Source of the DNA: Thalassobaculaceae bacterium
Lineage (GTDB): Bacteria > Pseudomonadota > Alphaproteobacteria > Thalassobaculales > Thalassobaculaceae
Direction: 5' to 3'
Assembly: GCA_965228875.1 (NCBI GenBank)
Contig: OZ245843.1
Span: forward strand, 1,532,616 to 1,596,615
DNA: 64,000 nt
The notes beneath the pieces are model-generated. The model saw nothing but the letters and a program-made list of their open reading frames with translations. It was not told the DNA's origin and ran no database searches. Positions within the stretch are counted from its first letter, which is position 1. Every line of letters begins with the position of its first letter. The position numbers and the translations under genes were made by a program. This document shows, piece by piece, positions 41,590 through 50,489 of this stretch.

Positions 41590-41862
41590 AGAACGCCCCG
41601 AGTAGAGCAAGCCACGGTCAGATGGAAACATCCCGTCGTGTGAGGCCCTGGCCGACCCTCGATATTGCCTGTTCGGTAGAAATAATCCTCTCCTAATACT
41701 ATTGCCAGTCGATGTTCCCCGTCGAAGCGTCGCTTTAGATCTATGAAGCGAGGGCGGTCGCATCGGTATACGTCGGTTCATGAAATGATACAGTGAACCG
41801 GCAGCCAATCGACTGGTTGCATATCTATTGATGAATACGCCTTAAACTCGGGGGAATAGGCG

Positions 41863-44800
41863 TTGTCCGAGGCATTGCGGCGTCCGAGAAAGGAACGGCG
41901 CCACCTGACCGTCATGTTCGTCGACCTCGTCGGCTCCACGGGACTGGTGGATGCGCTCGATCCTGAAGATGCACAGGACGTGTTCGACGCCTTCTCCGGC
42001 CGCTGCGCCGAGATCGTCGGCGCGTTCGGCGGCTATGTCGCGCGCATCGAGGGCGACGGCGTGCTCGCGTATTTCGGATTCCCCACCGCCCGCGAGGACG
42101 CCAGCGAGCAGGCCGTACGCGCCGGGTTGGCGATCTCGTCGGCGATTTCCGAGATCCGCACGCCGATGGGCACTTCCCTGGCCTGCCGGACCGGCATCGC
42201 CTCGGGTTCGGTGCTGGTCGGCGAGGCGCATACCTCCAGCGGATCGGTGTTCTACGAGGTCGTCGGACGGGCGCCGCACGTCGCCCGCCGCCTGCAGGAA
42301 CAGGTCGATCCGGGCGAGGTGGCGGTGTCCGATGCGGTCTATCGCAAGGCCGGCGGGTTCTTCGTCTGCGCGCCGCACCCGCCGATTCGCCTCAAGGGTT
42401 TCCGAAATCCGGAGATGTTCTGGCGGGTTCGCGGCCAGCGCGAGTTGCCGCTTCGCTTTCTTGCGCGGGACGCCCTGCAGCGATGCGCCTTCGTGGGCCG
42501 CACCGAGGAACTGACCATCCTCCACCGCCTGTGGGACGAGACGATGAGCGGCGCCGGAGCGGCCGTCGGAATCGTCGGCCCGGCCGGCATCGGCAAGTCG
42601 CGCGTCGCCTACGAGTTCGTCCATTCGATCTCCGAGGACGCCCCGCACCTCGTCCTGATGCAGGCCAACGCCCATCAGCGAAACAGCGCCTGGCAGCCGC
42701 TGCGCGACGAACTCAACCGCCACCTGGACGCGGTTGCCGTGGGGTCCGAATCACGGCTCGAGACCCTGTCGCGGGAGCTTGCGCCCGGCGACGCGGGGCG
42801 GAAAGACGCCCGCGCCATCCTTCGGATCCTGGAAGACGGACACGGCGGCGCAACCCCGGCCCGGCCGACGGAAGAGCGCGCACGGCTCGTCTCCGCCCTG
42901 GTGCGCCGACTGGAAGGGATAGCCGCCGCGACGCCGGTGGTCGTGGTCGTCGAGGATGTCCAGTGGCTGGACGAGTCGTCGATCGAGTGGCTCGAGGCGT
43001 TGGTCGCCGGGGTGGCGCAGCACCGGATTCTGGTCCTGCTGACCAGCCGGGAGAGCCTGTCTACCCGCTCCGGCCTGGACGTGACCGAGATTCCGCTGAC
43101 CGGCCTCCGACAGGACGATGCGCGCGCGATGGTCGACCTGCTGATCGCGGAGAAGCCGTTCGCCCATCTGGATGCCCAGGCCGTTCTGACCAAGGTCGGC
43201 GGTATTCCGCTGTTCATCGAGGAATACGTCACCCATCAGATCGACCGCGTCGCGGCGCGGAAAGGCAACGGCGGCGGCGAGCCGAACGTCGATCCGGACG
43301 ACGCCCCGACGACGCTGATGGATCTGCTTGGCGAGCGCATCGACGAGTTGGGCCCCGGCAAGGCCTTCATCCAGGCCTGCGCCGTCTGCGGCGATGTCTT
43401 CGACCTGAGATTGGTCGCGGGAGTCGTCGGCGTCGACATCGAGCGGGCGATCGCGATCATCTCGGATCTGGAATCCCGCGGGATCCTCACCGGCAGCGCC
43501 GTCGTGGGCGACGAATTCCGTTTCCGCCACGCGCTTCTGCGCGACGCCGGATACTCCAGCCTGCTCAAGGCCGACCGGATCGCCCTCCACGCCAGGATCG
43601 CCGGGGTGATGGAGAGCCACGCCGGGCAGGACGGCGTCGCGGTCGCTCCGGAGGTCCTGGCCTGGCACTTCGCCGAAGCCCAGGACGTCGACAAGTGCCT
43701 CACCTACCGGTTGGTCGCCGCCGACAAGTTCAAGGGGCAGTTCGCCGCGACGGAATCCATCCGCCAGCTCGAGCTTGCGGTCGCCGATGCCGAATCCCTG
43801 GACGACGCCCGGTCCCGCCGCGAATGGCTGGTCCGGATCTACAACCTGCTCGGCGCCACCCGCAGCATCTTCTTCGGCTGGGGCGATCAGGCCGGACAGG
43901 AGTTCTTCGAGAAGGCTCTCTCACTCACGGTCACCAGCGACGAAAGCCGGGCGACGTTCGACTCCGTGCGCGGGCTGTGGAACGCCAACATGATCCAGGG
44001 AAACTTCCCCCTGGTCGCCGTTCTCACCCGCCAGCTCAGCGCGATCGCCGCCCAGTCGAACGACCCGATTATGAAAGTGGACGCCGCCAACGCCAACGGC
44101 GCCTATCGCCTCTGGTCGGGAGACTTTCGAGCCGCGCGCGAACACTTCGACGAAGCGATCCGGTTGTACGAGCTGTTGGGCGGGCACTGGCCGATCGGTG
44201 CGCCGGGCACGGACCCCGGCCTCGTCGCTCTGAGTCTCGGTGCCTGGAATGCATGGTTCCTCGGCGACCGCGAGACCGCCCTGCGCACCATCGACGTCGC
44301 CAAGGAACGGGCCGGGGAACTCGGACACGCGTTCGGCCTCGCCTATGCGTTCAGCATGTCGGCCTCGATCTGGCAGACGGAGCGCGATCCGGACAGGGCC
44401 ATGGCCGAGGCCGAGCGGGCGGTCGAAATCGCCAGCGAGCACCGCTCCCGCATGCGCTACTGGATCGATCGCAGTGGCATCGTGATCGGCTGGGCCACCT
44501 CGCTGACCGGCGACACCGCAGCCGGGATCGCCCGCATCCAGGAGGCCATCGCCTCCTACCAGAACGGCGGCGGCGGCCTCCACCTCCCCTATGCCCGTAC
44601 CCTGCTGGGAGAGTGTCTGCTGCTGAGCGGTGCCGTGGAGGAGGCCGAGGCGGAACTCCTGCGTGCCGCGGAGGTTCTCAGCGCGCAGCATCCCTACTAC
44701 TACAACTCCGAACGCCTGCGCCTGCTGGGCGAAGCGCGGACGCTCCGGGGATATTGGTCGGAAGGCGCGAATGCCTTCACCTCCGCCCTCGACCTCGCCG

Positions 44801-44874
44801 ACGATTTCCGGTCGCCGCCGCTGCGCGAAGCGGTCCTTCGCTCCCGAGCGCGGCTTCAGCCGGTCAGTTCCTGA
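41863..44874 (+). CDS. Class III adenylate/guanylate cyclase - STAND AAA ATPase - TPR protein
   Basis: RRHLTVMFVDLVGST, EGDGVLAYFG; Walker A GPAGIGKS; Walker B VVVVEDVQW; GGIPLFIEE; FRHALLRD; helical repeats at the C-terminus. Confidence 0.92.
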   Translation: MSEALRRPRKERRHLTVMFVDLVGSTGLVDALDPEDAQDVFDAFSGRCAEIVGAFGGYVARIEGDGVLAYFGFPTAREDASEQAVRAGLAISSAISEIRTPMGTSLACRTGIASGSVLVGEAHTSSGSVFYEVVGRAPHVARRLQEQVDPGEVAVSDAVYRKAGGFFVCAPHPPIRLKGFRNPEMFWRVRGQRELPLRFLARDALQRCAFVGRTEELTILHRLWDETMSGAGAAVGIVGPAGIGKSRVAYEFVHSISEDAPHLVLMQANAHQRNSAWQPLRDELNRHLDAVAVGSESRLETLSRELAPGDAGRKDARAILRILEDGHGGATPARPTEERARLVSALVRRLEGIAAATPVVVVVEDVQWLDESSIEWLEALVAGVAQHRILVLLTSRESLSTRSGLDVTEIPLTGLRQDDARAMVDLLIAEKPFAHLDAQAVLTKVGGIPLFIEEYVTHQIDRVAARKGNGGGEPNVDPDDAPTTLMDLLGERIDELGPGKAFIQACAVCGDVFDLRLVAGVVGVDIERAIAIISDLESRGILTGSAVVGDEFRFRHALLRDAGYSSLLKADRIALHARIAGVMESHAGQDGVAVAPEVLAWHFAEAQDVDKCLTYRLVAADKFKGQFAATESIRQLELAVADAESLDDARSRREWLVRIYNLLGATRSIFFGWGDQAGQEFFEKALSLTVTSDESRATFDSVRGLWNANMIQGNFPLVAVLTRQLSAIAAQSNDPIMKVDAANANGAYRLWSGDFRAAREHFDEAIRLYELLGGHWPIGAPGTDPGLVALSLGAWNAWFLGDRETALRTIDVAKERAGELGHAFGLAYAFSMSASIWQTERDPDRAMAEAERAVEIASEHRSRMRYWIDRSGIVIGWATSLTGDTAAGIARIQEAIASYQNGGGGLHLPYARTLLGECLLLSGAVEEAEAELLRAAEVLSAQHPYYYNSERLRLLGEARTLRGYWSEGANAFTSALDLADDFRSPPLREAVLRSRARLQPVSS

Positions 44875-44908
44875 CATCCCTTAGCCGGATGGTCTGACCG
44901 TCCACCGT

Positions 44909-45661
44909 TCAGGGTCGCGCGTCGGCCCAGGTCGTGAAGGCATCCCAGGCAAGCGTTCCATTGAACTCGTAGCGCACCTGCTTCGGGCTCTCGAACGCGT
45001 CGCCACTGGCGGCCAGCCGTTGGAGTAGCAGCGTCGCATCCTCGGCCTTCACGTCGACCGGCCGTTCGACGAAGTATTCCCGCAGAACCGCGAGGTCCGA
45101 CTCGCACACTCCGAAGGACCAGGCCCGATCGACGATGTTGGCTACCGTGCGGTCGCGGTATCCGAGCGACTTTGCCGCGTTGCGGAACAGCCGCATGCTC
45201 TCCAGGCTGGCGAGCCGATCGACGCAGACGGTCTCGAGGGTCGCGCGGATGCTGACCATGGCCAGGCTCAGCGGCCGGTAACCCAGGTCCGCGGGACCAT
45301 GGATCACCGCGACCTCGTCGTCATCCTCGATCCGGCCGGTCCGGTAGGCATCGTAGACCGTGCCGATCCCTTCCATCCCGAAGCTGTCGAGTTCGGCCGC
45401 CCGCAGTGCGCCGATGCTGGACGCGCCCAGGACGTGCACGCCCTGCGCCATCGCCCACAGGATCTCCTTGTGCCAGACCGAGGGGACGGTGTCGAAGTAG
45501 CCGTCGATGATGGCGATGACCTTCGGTGCGTGACGTAGGGCCAGATACACGTCGCCCTGGCGTGCCGGCCCCTTGAAGATCACGTCGCCGAAACCGTTGT
45601 CGCCGAAACCGTCCCGGGCGGCGGGCGGAAGCGACGGACCGGCAAAGACAACGGCCGTCAT
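44909..45661 (-). CDS. tfuA: TfuA-like protein
   Basis: VFAGPSL, GPARQGD, IIDGYF..VPSVWHKEI, GASSIGALRAAEL..FGMEGIG, DDDEVAV.H, DVKAEDA. Confidence 0.93.
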   Translation of the reverse strand: MTAVVFAGPSLPPAARDGFGDNGFGDVIFKGPARQGDVYLALRHAPKVIAIIDGYFDTVPSVWHKEILWAMAQGVHVLGASSIGALRAAELDSFGMEGIGTVYDAYRTGRIEDDDEVAVIHGPADLGYRPLSLAMVSIRATLETVCVDRLASLESMRLFRNAAKSLGYRDRTVANIVDRAWSFGVCESDLAVLREYFVERPVDVKAEDATLLLQRLAASGDAFESPKQVRYEFNGTLAWDAFTTWADARP

Positions 45662-46884
45662 GGCTCCAGCCCCGCAGCCGCCAGGGCGCGCCGTCCCGGC
45701 CGGTAGCGCCGCGCCTTCGGATTGCCCTCAAGCCCCGGCACGATGACCCGCACCACCGGGATGTCGAACTCCGGTCGGCTCAGGTCGACCACCACCGCCT
45801 GGGTCAGGCCGACGGCGGCCAGCCGGTCGAGCATCCGTTCGACGAGCACCCGTGCGCTCCGGCCGTTCAGGGTCGGCACGTCGTCGAACCGGACCGGCGG
45901 CGTGGTCGGCGGCGCGGCGGCGATAGCGGGTCTCGGCATGTAAGGCCGTTCCTCGTAGACCGCCGGGTCGATGTCGTCGCGCACACCGGCGATCATCGTC
46001 AGCCGTCCCTGGGCAGCCTCGGAGAGCGCGCGCGACAGCGCGATGTTGGAAAACGGGTGGCAACCGTGGCCTTCGAAACCGGAAACCGAAAGCCGTATCC
46101 CCTCTGTGTGGGGTCCGGTCCAGACATGGAACGCCGGAACGCCGACATCCGACGTCATGTTCCAGGCGCGAACCGGCACGCCCGCCGCGGCGAACCGGTC
46201 GAGCAGCCAGCGGCAATGGGGATCGGACACGCTCTCCAGATCGAGCTCCGTTCGGTCGCGGTCCGCGCTCCGGCGTGTCCGCCACAGCGCGAGGCAGTCG
46301 CGTTCGATCACCTCGCTCAGGCCGTGACAGACCGCCTCGTCGACATGATTGCCAGACGCGAGGCCGTTGGAGGTGCACAGGAAGTATCCGCCGCCCTCCG
46401 GCATCGGCGTGCGGAAGTCCGTGTGCACCGCCTCGTACGGCACCCAGACCGGATGACCGGCAGCCATGTCGGTGCCTCGGATCCACAGCAGCCGGCTCGA
46501 TGCCGTCAGCCTGCGACGGGCCGACAGCGCCATCGCGGTGACATCGGCGACCGTCTCGCGGAACCGGATCTCGTTGTACGAACCGAGCAGCAACGGCGAC
46601 AGGATATGCTCGCCATGATAGATTTCGATGGCCTCCATCAGGCCCGAGGCCTTTGCCGCATCGAGAGTCGCGCCCTTGCCCTGCGCGACCGATACCGACC
46701 GCGCGTTCGGCCGCGTCACCATGACGACGGGGATGCCGACCGAGTCGAGACCGGTGACGTTGGCGACCCGCGTGATGCCGAACACGGGCAGCAGCGGGGT
46801 CACGCGGTCGACGGTCTCGCGCGGTGGGCATACCCGGGTCGTCCCGGGTATGTCAGCGAATGTAACCAGACCAGCGTCGTTCAC
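45658..46884 (-). CDS. ycaO: YcaO-family protein (TfuA-associated, thioamide-forming type)
   Basis: GITRVANVTGLD, SVAQGKG..SGLMEAIE, TSNGLASGN..HGLSEVIERD, RALSEAAQGR, RVIVPGLE; stop overlaps the tfuA start (ATGA); GTG at 46884 has a GGGAGG RBS. Confidence 0.93.
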   Translation of the reverse strand: MNDAGLVTFADIPGTTRVCPPRETVDRVTPLLPVFGITRVANVTGLDSVGIPVVMVTRPNARSVSVAQGKGATLDAAKASGLMEAIEIYHGEHILSPLLLGSYNEIRFRETVADVTAMALSARRRLTASSRLLWIRGTDMAAGHPVWVPYEAVHTDFRTPMPEGGGYFLCTSNGLASGNHVDEAVCHGLSEVIERDCLALWRTRRSADRDRTELDLESVSDPHCRWLLDRFAAAGVPVRAWNMTSDVGVPAFHVWTGPHTEGIRLSVSGFEGHGCHPFSNIALSRALSEAAQGRLTMIAGVRDDIDPAVYEERPYMPRPAIAAAPPTTPPVRFDDVPTLNGRSARVLVERMLDRLAAVGLTQAVVVDLSRPEFDIPVVRVIVPGLEGNPKARRYRPGRRALAAAGLEP

Positions 46885-46933
46885 CGGACCCTCCCACGGG
46901 CCAGAGGCGAAACCGGGCGGCGGCGGATCGGCG

Positions 46934-47164
46934 TCAGCTGCCGTCGATGCCGTCCATGTAGCTGAAACCGTCATCGGCGCTGGCCGTCCCGTCGCTGCGC
47001 AGCGCGAAAGCCTTGTTCGGGTGCTGGGCGCCCGCGCGCGTCAACACTTTCTCGAACACCGGATCGTTGTCCAGGCGGTCGAGCAACCGGGTCTTCTTGA
47101 TCTCGTACCAGTCTCCGTTATCGGCCTGATAGAAGATCCCAACAGTCCAGACGTCATCGGCCAT
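46934..47164 (-). CDS. 76-aa small protein, candidate RiPP precursor / YcaO-TfuA substrate
   Basis: Strong GGAGGAG RBS; first gene of the ycaO-tfuA unit; Asp/Gly-rich tail SDGTASADDGFSYMDGIDGS. Confidence 0.7.
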   Translation of the reverse strand: MADDVWTVGIFYQADNGDWYEIKKTRLLDRLDNDPVFEKVLTRAGAQHPNKAFALRSDGTASADDGFSYMDGIDGS

Positions 47165-47243
47165 GGTCCCTACTCCTCCACAATGGCGCGCAGATTGCGG
47201 CGGGAGCGTAACACTCTTGTCGGCCCCGGCTTCACCCTTAAGC

Positions 47244-47259
47244 TGTGTGAGAATTCACA
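47244..47259. promoter_or_regulatory. CRP-like box in the divergent promoter between the peptide-ycaO-tfuA unit and the metalloprotease
   Basis: TGTGT-GAGAAT-TCACA, 9/10 match to TGTGA-N6-TCACA. Confidence 0.65.
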
Positions 47260-47326
47260 CTGACGGTGGGGGCGCGGGGACCAACGCTAGCGTCGGGGTT
47301 CAGTGTTCTTGGTGGGGGTAGGAATC

Positions 47327-49501
47327 GTGGACATCGCCTCGATCGTCGCGCCGGAATCGGCGCCCTTCCAACCGCCCACCGGGGACGCGCCGCAGCTGTC
47401 GGGACCGTGCCCCTGGCCCCATGATCCGGCGGCGATAACGCCCCTGTCACCCGAGGCCGTTGTCGGTTGCTGGTACGTGGTCGCCATGGACGGCGAAACA
47501 CCGGTCTATCAGGGGGTGCTTCGGGGATCGGACGACGGCGGCGCCCTCGCGGTTTCCGGCGACCTCTATCGTCTGAGCGCCGGCGCGGCGGTGAGCAGCC
47601 TGCCCCGGTCCCACGAGATGCTTCGTACCGACGACGGGTGGTACGCCCAGCCAGGCCGCAGCGACTACGCGCTGCACCTGCGCTCCATGGGTGGCGCCGT
47701 GTCGACGACCGGGCTCGCCGTGAACGCCAGAGCCTATGTCTGGGAACCGACGCGGGACGGCAAGGCCAGCAACCGGGTCGGCGACTTCACCCGCTACGGC
47801 GACACCGTGCTCGCGCTGACCCCGCGCGGCTCCGCCACACCGGTCGGCGGCCTGCCCTCGGCGGCCGTGCTTGCTGGCGGGGTCATGGTCGACGGCCACG
47901 TCCTCGAGCTCTGGGCGGTGAAGTCGGCCGCCACGCCGCGCGCCCTGCGTCTTGTGGTGCACGAGATGGAGGGGCGCCCCTGGCCCGCCGACACCCCCTA
48001 CAACACCGACATGCTCGCTCGGATCTTCCGGGACGCGGGCGTCAGCATGCAGATCCTCAGAAACGCCGACGCGATACCGAGTGACGACAGCCTGATCCGC
48101 AGCGAACTCGACACGATGCTCGCCGATCAGGTGGTGCGCTACTACGCCGGGCCGCTGTGGGTGCAGCACCTGTTCCTGGTGTCGTCGCTGAACTGGTCCG
48201 GTCTCGATACCGCGGGCCGGTTCGGACACATCGTGGGCATGATGTTCGACAATACCGACCGGCACCGTCAGGGCGTCGCCGTGTTCCTCGACACCACGAT
48301 CGAGAGCTCGGTCGAGGAACTGACCGACCGCATCGACACGACCGTGCTCGGCCGGCCGGTCGCCAGGACTCCGCAGGTTCTACTCCGCACCGCCGCCCAC
48401 GAGATCGGCCACGGTCTCGGCCTGCGCCACACGCCAACCGAGGCGGCGGGGGACCGCGGCATCATGAACCAGATCCAGGAACTGCTGCGCCAGGTGGATC
48501 CCGCCACCGGGCCGCTGTTCCCGGAGAACGCGCAGATGTCCTTCGACCGGGTCGCCAGCCGCAACCTGAGCCATCGCCCCGACCCGGAGGTGTGCCCCGG
48601 TTGGGGAAACTGGAGCGCGCCGCCGAAGGGAGTCGCCCTTGGCCTGCAGGCCTACCCCGAGCGCGCCCGCTCCCTCGGCCAAGACCCGGTCCTGCTCCTG
48701 GGCTTCTCCTCGAAGCCGGCGAACGAACTGGCCACGTCCGCGGCCCGGCCGGTCATCATGCGGACCTTCGATCTCGGCGAGCCGGTGTTCCTCGAACTCA
48801 CCATCCGCAACCTCACCGACGAGCCTGTCACCGTTCCGTCCTCCGTCACCCTGTCGGACGGCCTGTCCGAGGCGGCGGTCCGCGATCCCGGCGCCACCCG
48901 TCGACGGCTGGTGGGCACCGCCCAGACCGTGTGCGAGGGCACCGGCATGGTACGGCTCGCACCGGGGGCCGAGCACCGACACACCCTTCAGCTCCACAGC
49001 AGCGGCGAGGAACCGGTGTTCTCCCGACCCGGCGAGCATCGGGTCGAGATCGCGATCAAGACCCGGGAGTACGGCTGGATCGAGGCGCCGGGAATCACCG
49101 TCGCGATCCGCCCGGACGTGCCCGGAACCCGCAGCGCCCTGGCCGTCACCGGGCGCCACCCCTTCTGCGAGGCCATGGCGCTCGGCTACATCGCCACCTA
49201 TCGCGGCGTGTCGGACACCGACAGGCTGTTGCGCCATGGCGCCTATCCTCTCGGCGCCCGGATCGCCGCGGGCGTCCTGCAGGTCGCCACCTTCGCCGAA
49301 CCGCCGGCCGGCATCGCCAAGGACCGCATGTCGCCGATGCGGCCGAACCCGGGACGGGTTCAACGGGCCATCGGCCACCTCAAGGAAACCGGCGTGAGGC
49401 GGGACGTGGTCATCGCCGTGGCCCAGGCGATCGATCCGCTGACCGAGAGCAGTTCGGCGGTGGCCGAGGCGCTGGCCGCCGGTTGGGACGCCGCCGGCTG
49501 A
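47327..49501 (+). CDS. Metzincin-type zinc metalloprotease with a C-terminal Ig-like domain
   Basis: AHEIGHGLGLRH (HExxHxxGxxH) plus Met-turn GIMNQ; FDLGEPVFLELTIRN..PGEHRVEI beta-sandwich; GTG start after AGGA (ORF track start 47303). Confidence 0.82.
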   Translation: MDIASIVAPESAPFQPPTGDAPQLSGPCPWPHDPAAITPLSPEAVVGCWYVVAMDGETPVYQGVLRGSDDGGALAVSGDLYRLSAGAAVSSLPRSHEMLRTDDGWYAQPGRSDYALHLRSMGGAVSTTGLAVNARAYVWEPTRDGKASNRVGDFTRYGDTVLALTPRGSATPVGGLPSAAVLAGGVMVDGHVLELWAVKSAATPRALRLVVHEMEGRPWPADTPYNTDMLARIFRDAGVSMQILRNADAIPSDDSLIRSELDTMLADQVVRYYAGPLWVQHLFLVSSLNWSGLDTAGRFGHIVGMMFDNTDRHRQGVAVFLDTTIESSVEELTDRIDTTVLGRPVARTPQVLLRTAAHEIGHGLGLRHTPTEAAGDRGIMNQIQELLRQVDPATGPLFPENAQMSFDRVASRNLSHRPDPEVCPGWGNWSAPPKGVALGLQAYPERARSLGQDPVLLLGFSSKPANELATSAARPVIMRTFDLGEPVFLELTIRNLTDEPVTVPSSVTLSDGLSEAAVRDPGATRRRLVGTAQTVCEGTGMVRLAPGAEHRHTLQLHSSGEEPVFSRPGEHRVEIAIKTREYGWIEAPGITVAIRPDVPGTRSALAVTGRHPFCEAMALGYIATYRGVSDTDRLLRHGAYPLGARIAAGVLQVATFAEPPAGIAKDRMSPMRPNPGRVQRAIGHLKETGVRRDVVIAVAQAIDPLTESSSAVAEALAAGWDAAG

Positions 49502-49527
49502 GCCCCGGTTGAGCTCCGGCGCCGGGA

Positions 49528-50217
49528 TCAGATGTTCGAGATCATCGCCCGCAACCGATCGATATCGAGAACCTCGAGCACCTGGCGGGACTTGCGGATG
49601 ATCCCCTCGCCCTCCAGGTAGGCCAGTTCCCGCGACACCGCTTCGCGGTGGGTGCTGATCCGGTTGGCGATCTCGAGATGGGTCGGCGGACTCTTGATGC
49701 GGCAGGTGCCGTCCTTTTCCACCGGGACGTCGCCGGCCATGCGCACCAGCTCGGCATGGATCCGGTTGTTCACGGCGAGGGTGCTGAATTCGAAGACCCG
49801 CTCGCTCAGACTGCGGACCTGCTGCACCAGTTCGGCGATGAACTTCATCGCAACGGCCGGATGCTCCTGGATCAGCGTCAGGAACTCCGCCTGACCGAGC
49901 ACCGCCGTCTCGCAGTCGGTGAGCGCCACCACCGTGGCCGAGCGCGGGCGGGCGTCGATCGCGGAATACTCACCGAAAATCGCCCCCTCCTCCAGGTCGC
50001 GGTAGGAGACCTCCTTGCCGCCGGTGGAGAACCGCTTCGCGCGCACGCGGCCGCCGGTGAGGATGTAGACCACGTTGGTCAGGTCCTGCTCCCCGACGAT
50101 CTGGCGCCCCCTCTGGTACTTGCGCCAGTCGCAGAGATCGCCGACGCGGTCGAGCACCGCATCGTCGAGATCGGCGAACAGATAGGCCTTCTTTAGCTTG
50201 GAAGCGCGTGCGTTCAT
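49528..50217 (-). CDS. Crp/Fnr family cyclic-nucleotide-binding transcriptional regulator
   Basis: cNMP cassette FGEYSAIDARPRSATV; HTH PTHLEIANRISTHREAVSRE; no Fnr cysteine cluster. Confidence 0.93.
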   Translation of the reverse strand: MNARASKLKKAYLFADLDDAVLDRVGDLCDWRKYQRGRQIVGEQDLTNVVYILTGGRVRAKRFSTGGKEVSYRDLEEGAIFGEYSAIDARPRSATVVALTDCETAVLGQAEFLTLIQEHPAVAMKFIAELVQQVRSLSERVFEFSTLAVNNRIHAELVRMAGDVPVEKDGTCRIKSPPTHLEIANRISTHREAVSRELAYLEGEGIIRKSRQVLEVLDIDRLRAMISNI

Positions 50218-50489
50218 GGCCCCGGTCCGTCTCCCCCTGACGTCAGCCTCCATCCCGCCGTCCGGCATCGGACAGACAAGCGGCTCGAAACGCATACGAT
50301 GTTAGTTGCTCCATCGGCATCCGACCACCGTTTGGCCGTTCGAGGCAACCGCCGCGCTATCAGCCATCGGCGCACAACTCGACGAGGACGACCGGCTTCC
50401 GAGCTAACCACGCACCTCTCGTAACACTTTAGAACAACGATATAAAATATTAATAATAATAAATTTTGTTTGATTTCACATACAAACGA

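Noticed and set aside
46885..46974. YcaO start at 46974 as given in the ORF track
   Set aside because: It overlaps the small-peptide gene and adds a Pro-rich extension; the GTG at 46884 has a GGGAGG RBS.
49528..50217. Regulator as an oxygen-sensing Fnr
   Set aside because: No Fe-S cysteine cluster; the intact cNMP-binding cassette and RExxxR helix indicate a CRP type.
39600..50485. Calling the YcaO-TfuA block a mobile element or genomic island
   Set aside because: No integrase, transposase, tRNA or flanking direct repeats seen; coding GC looks similar to the flanks and only the spacers are AT-rich.
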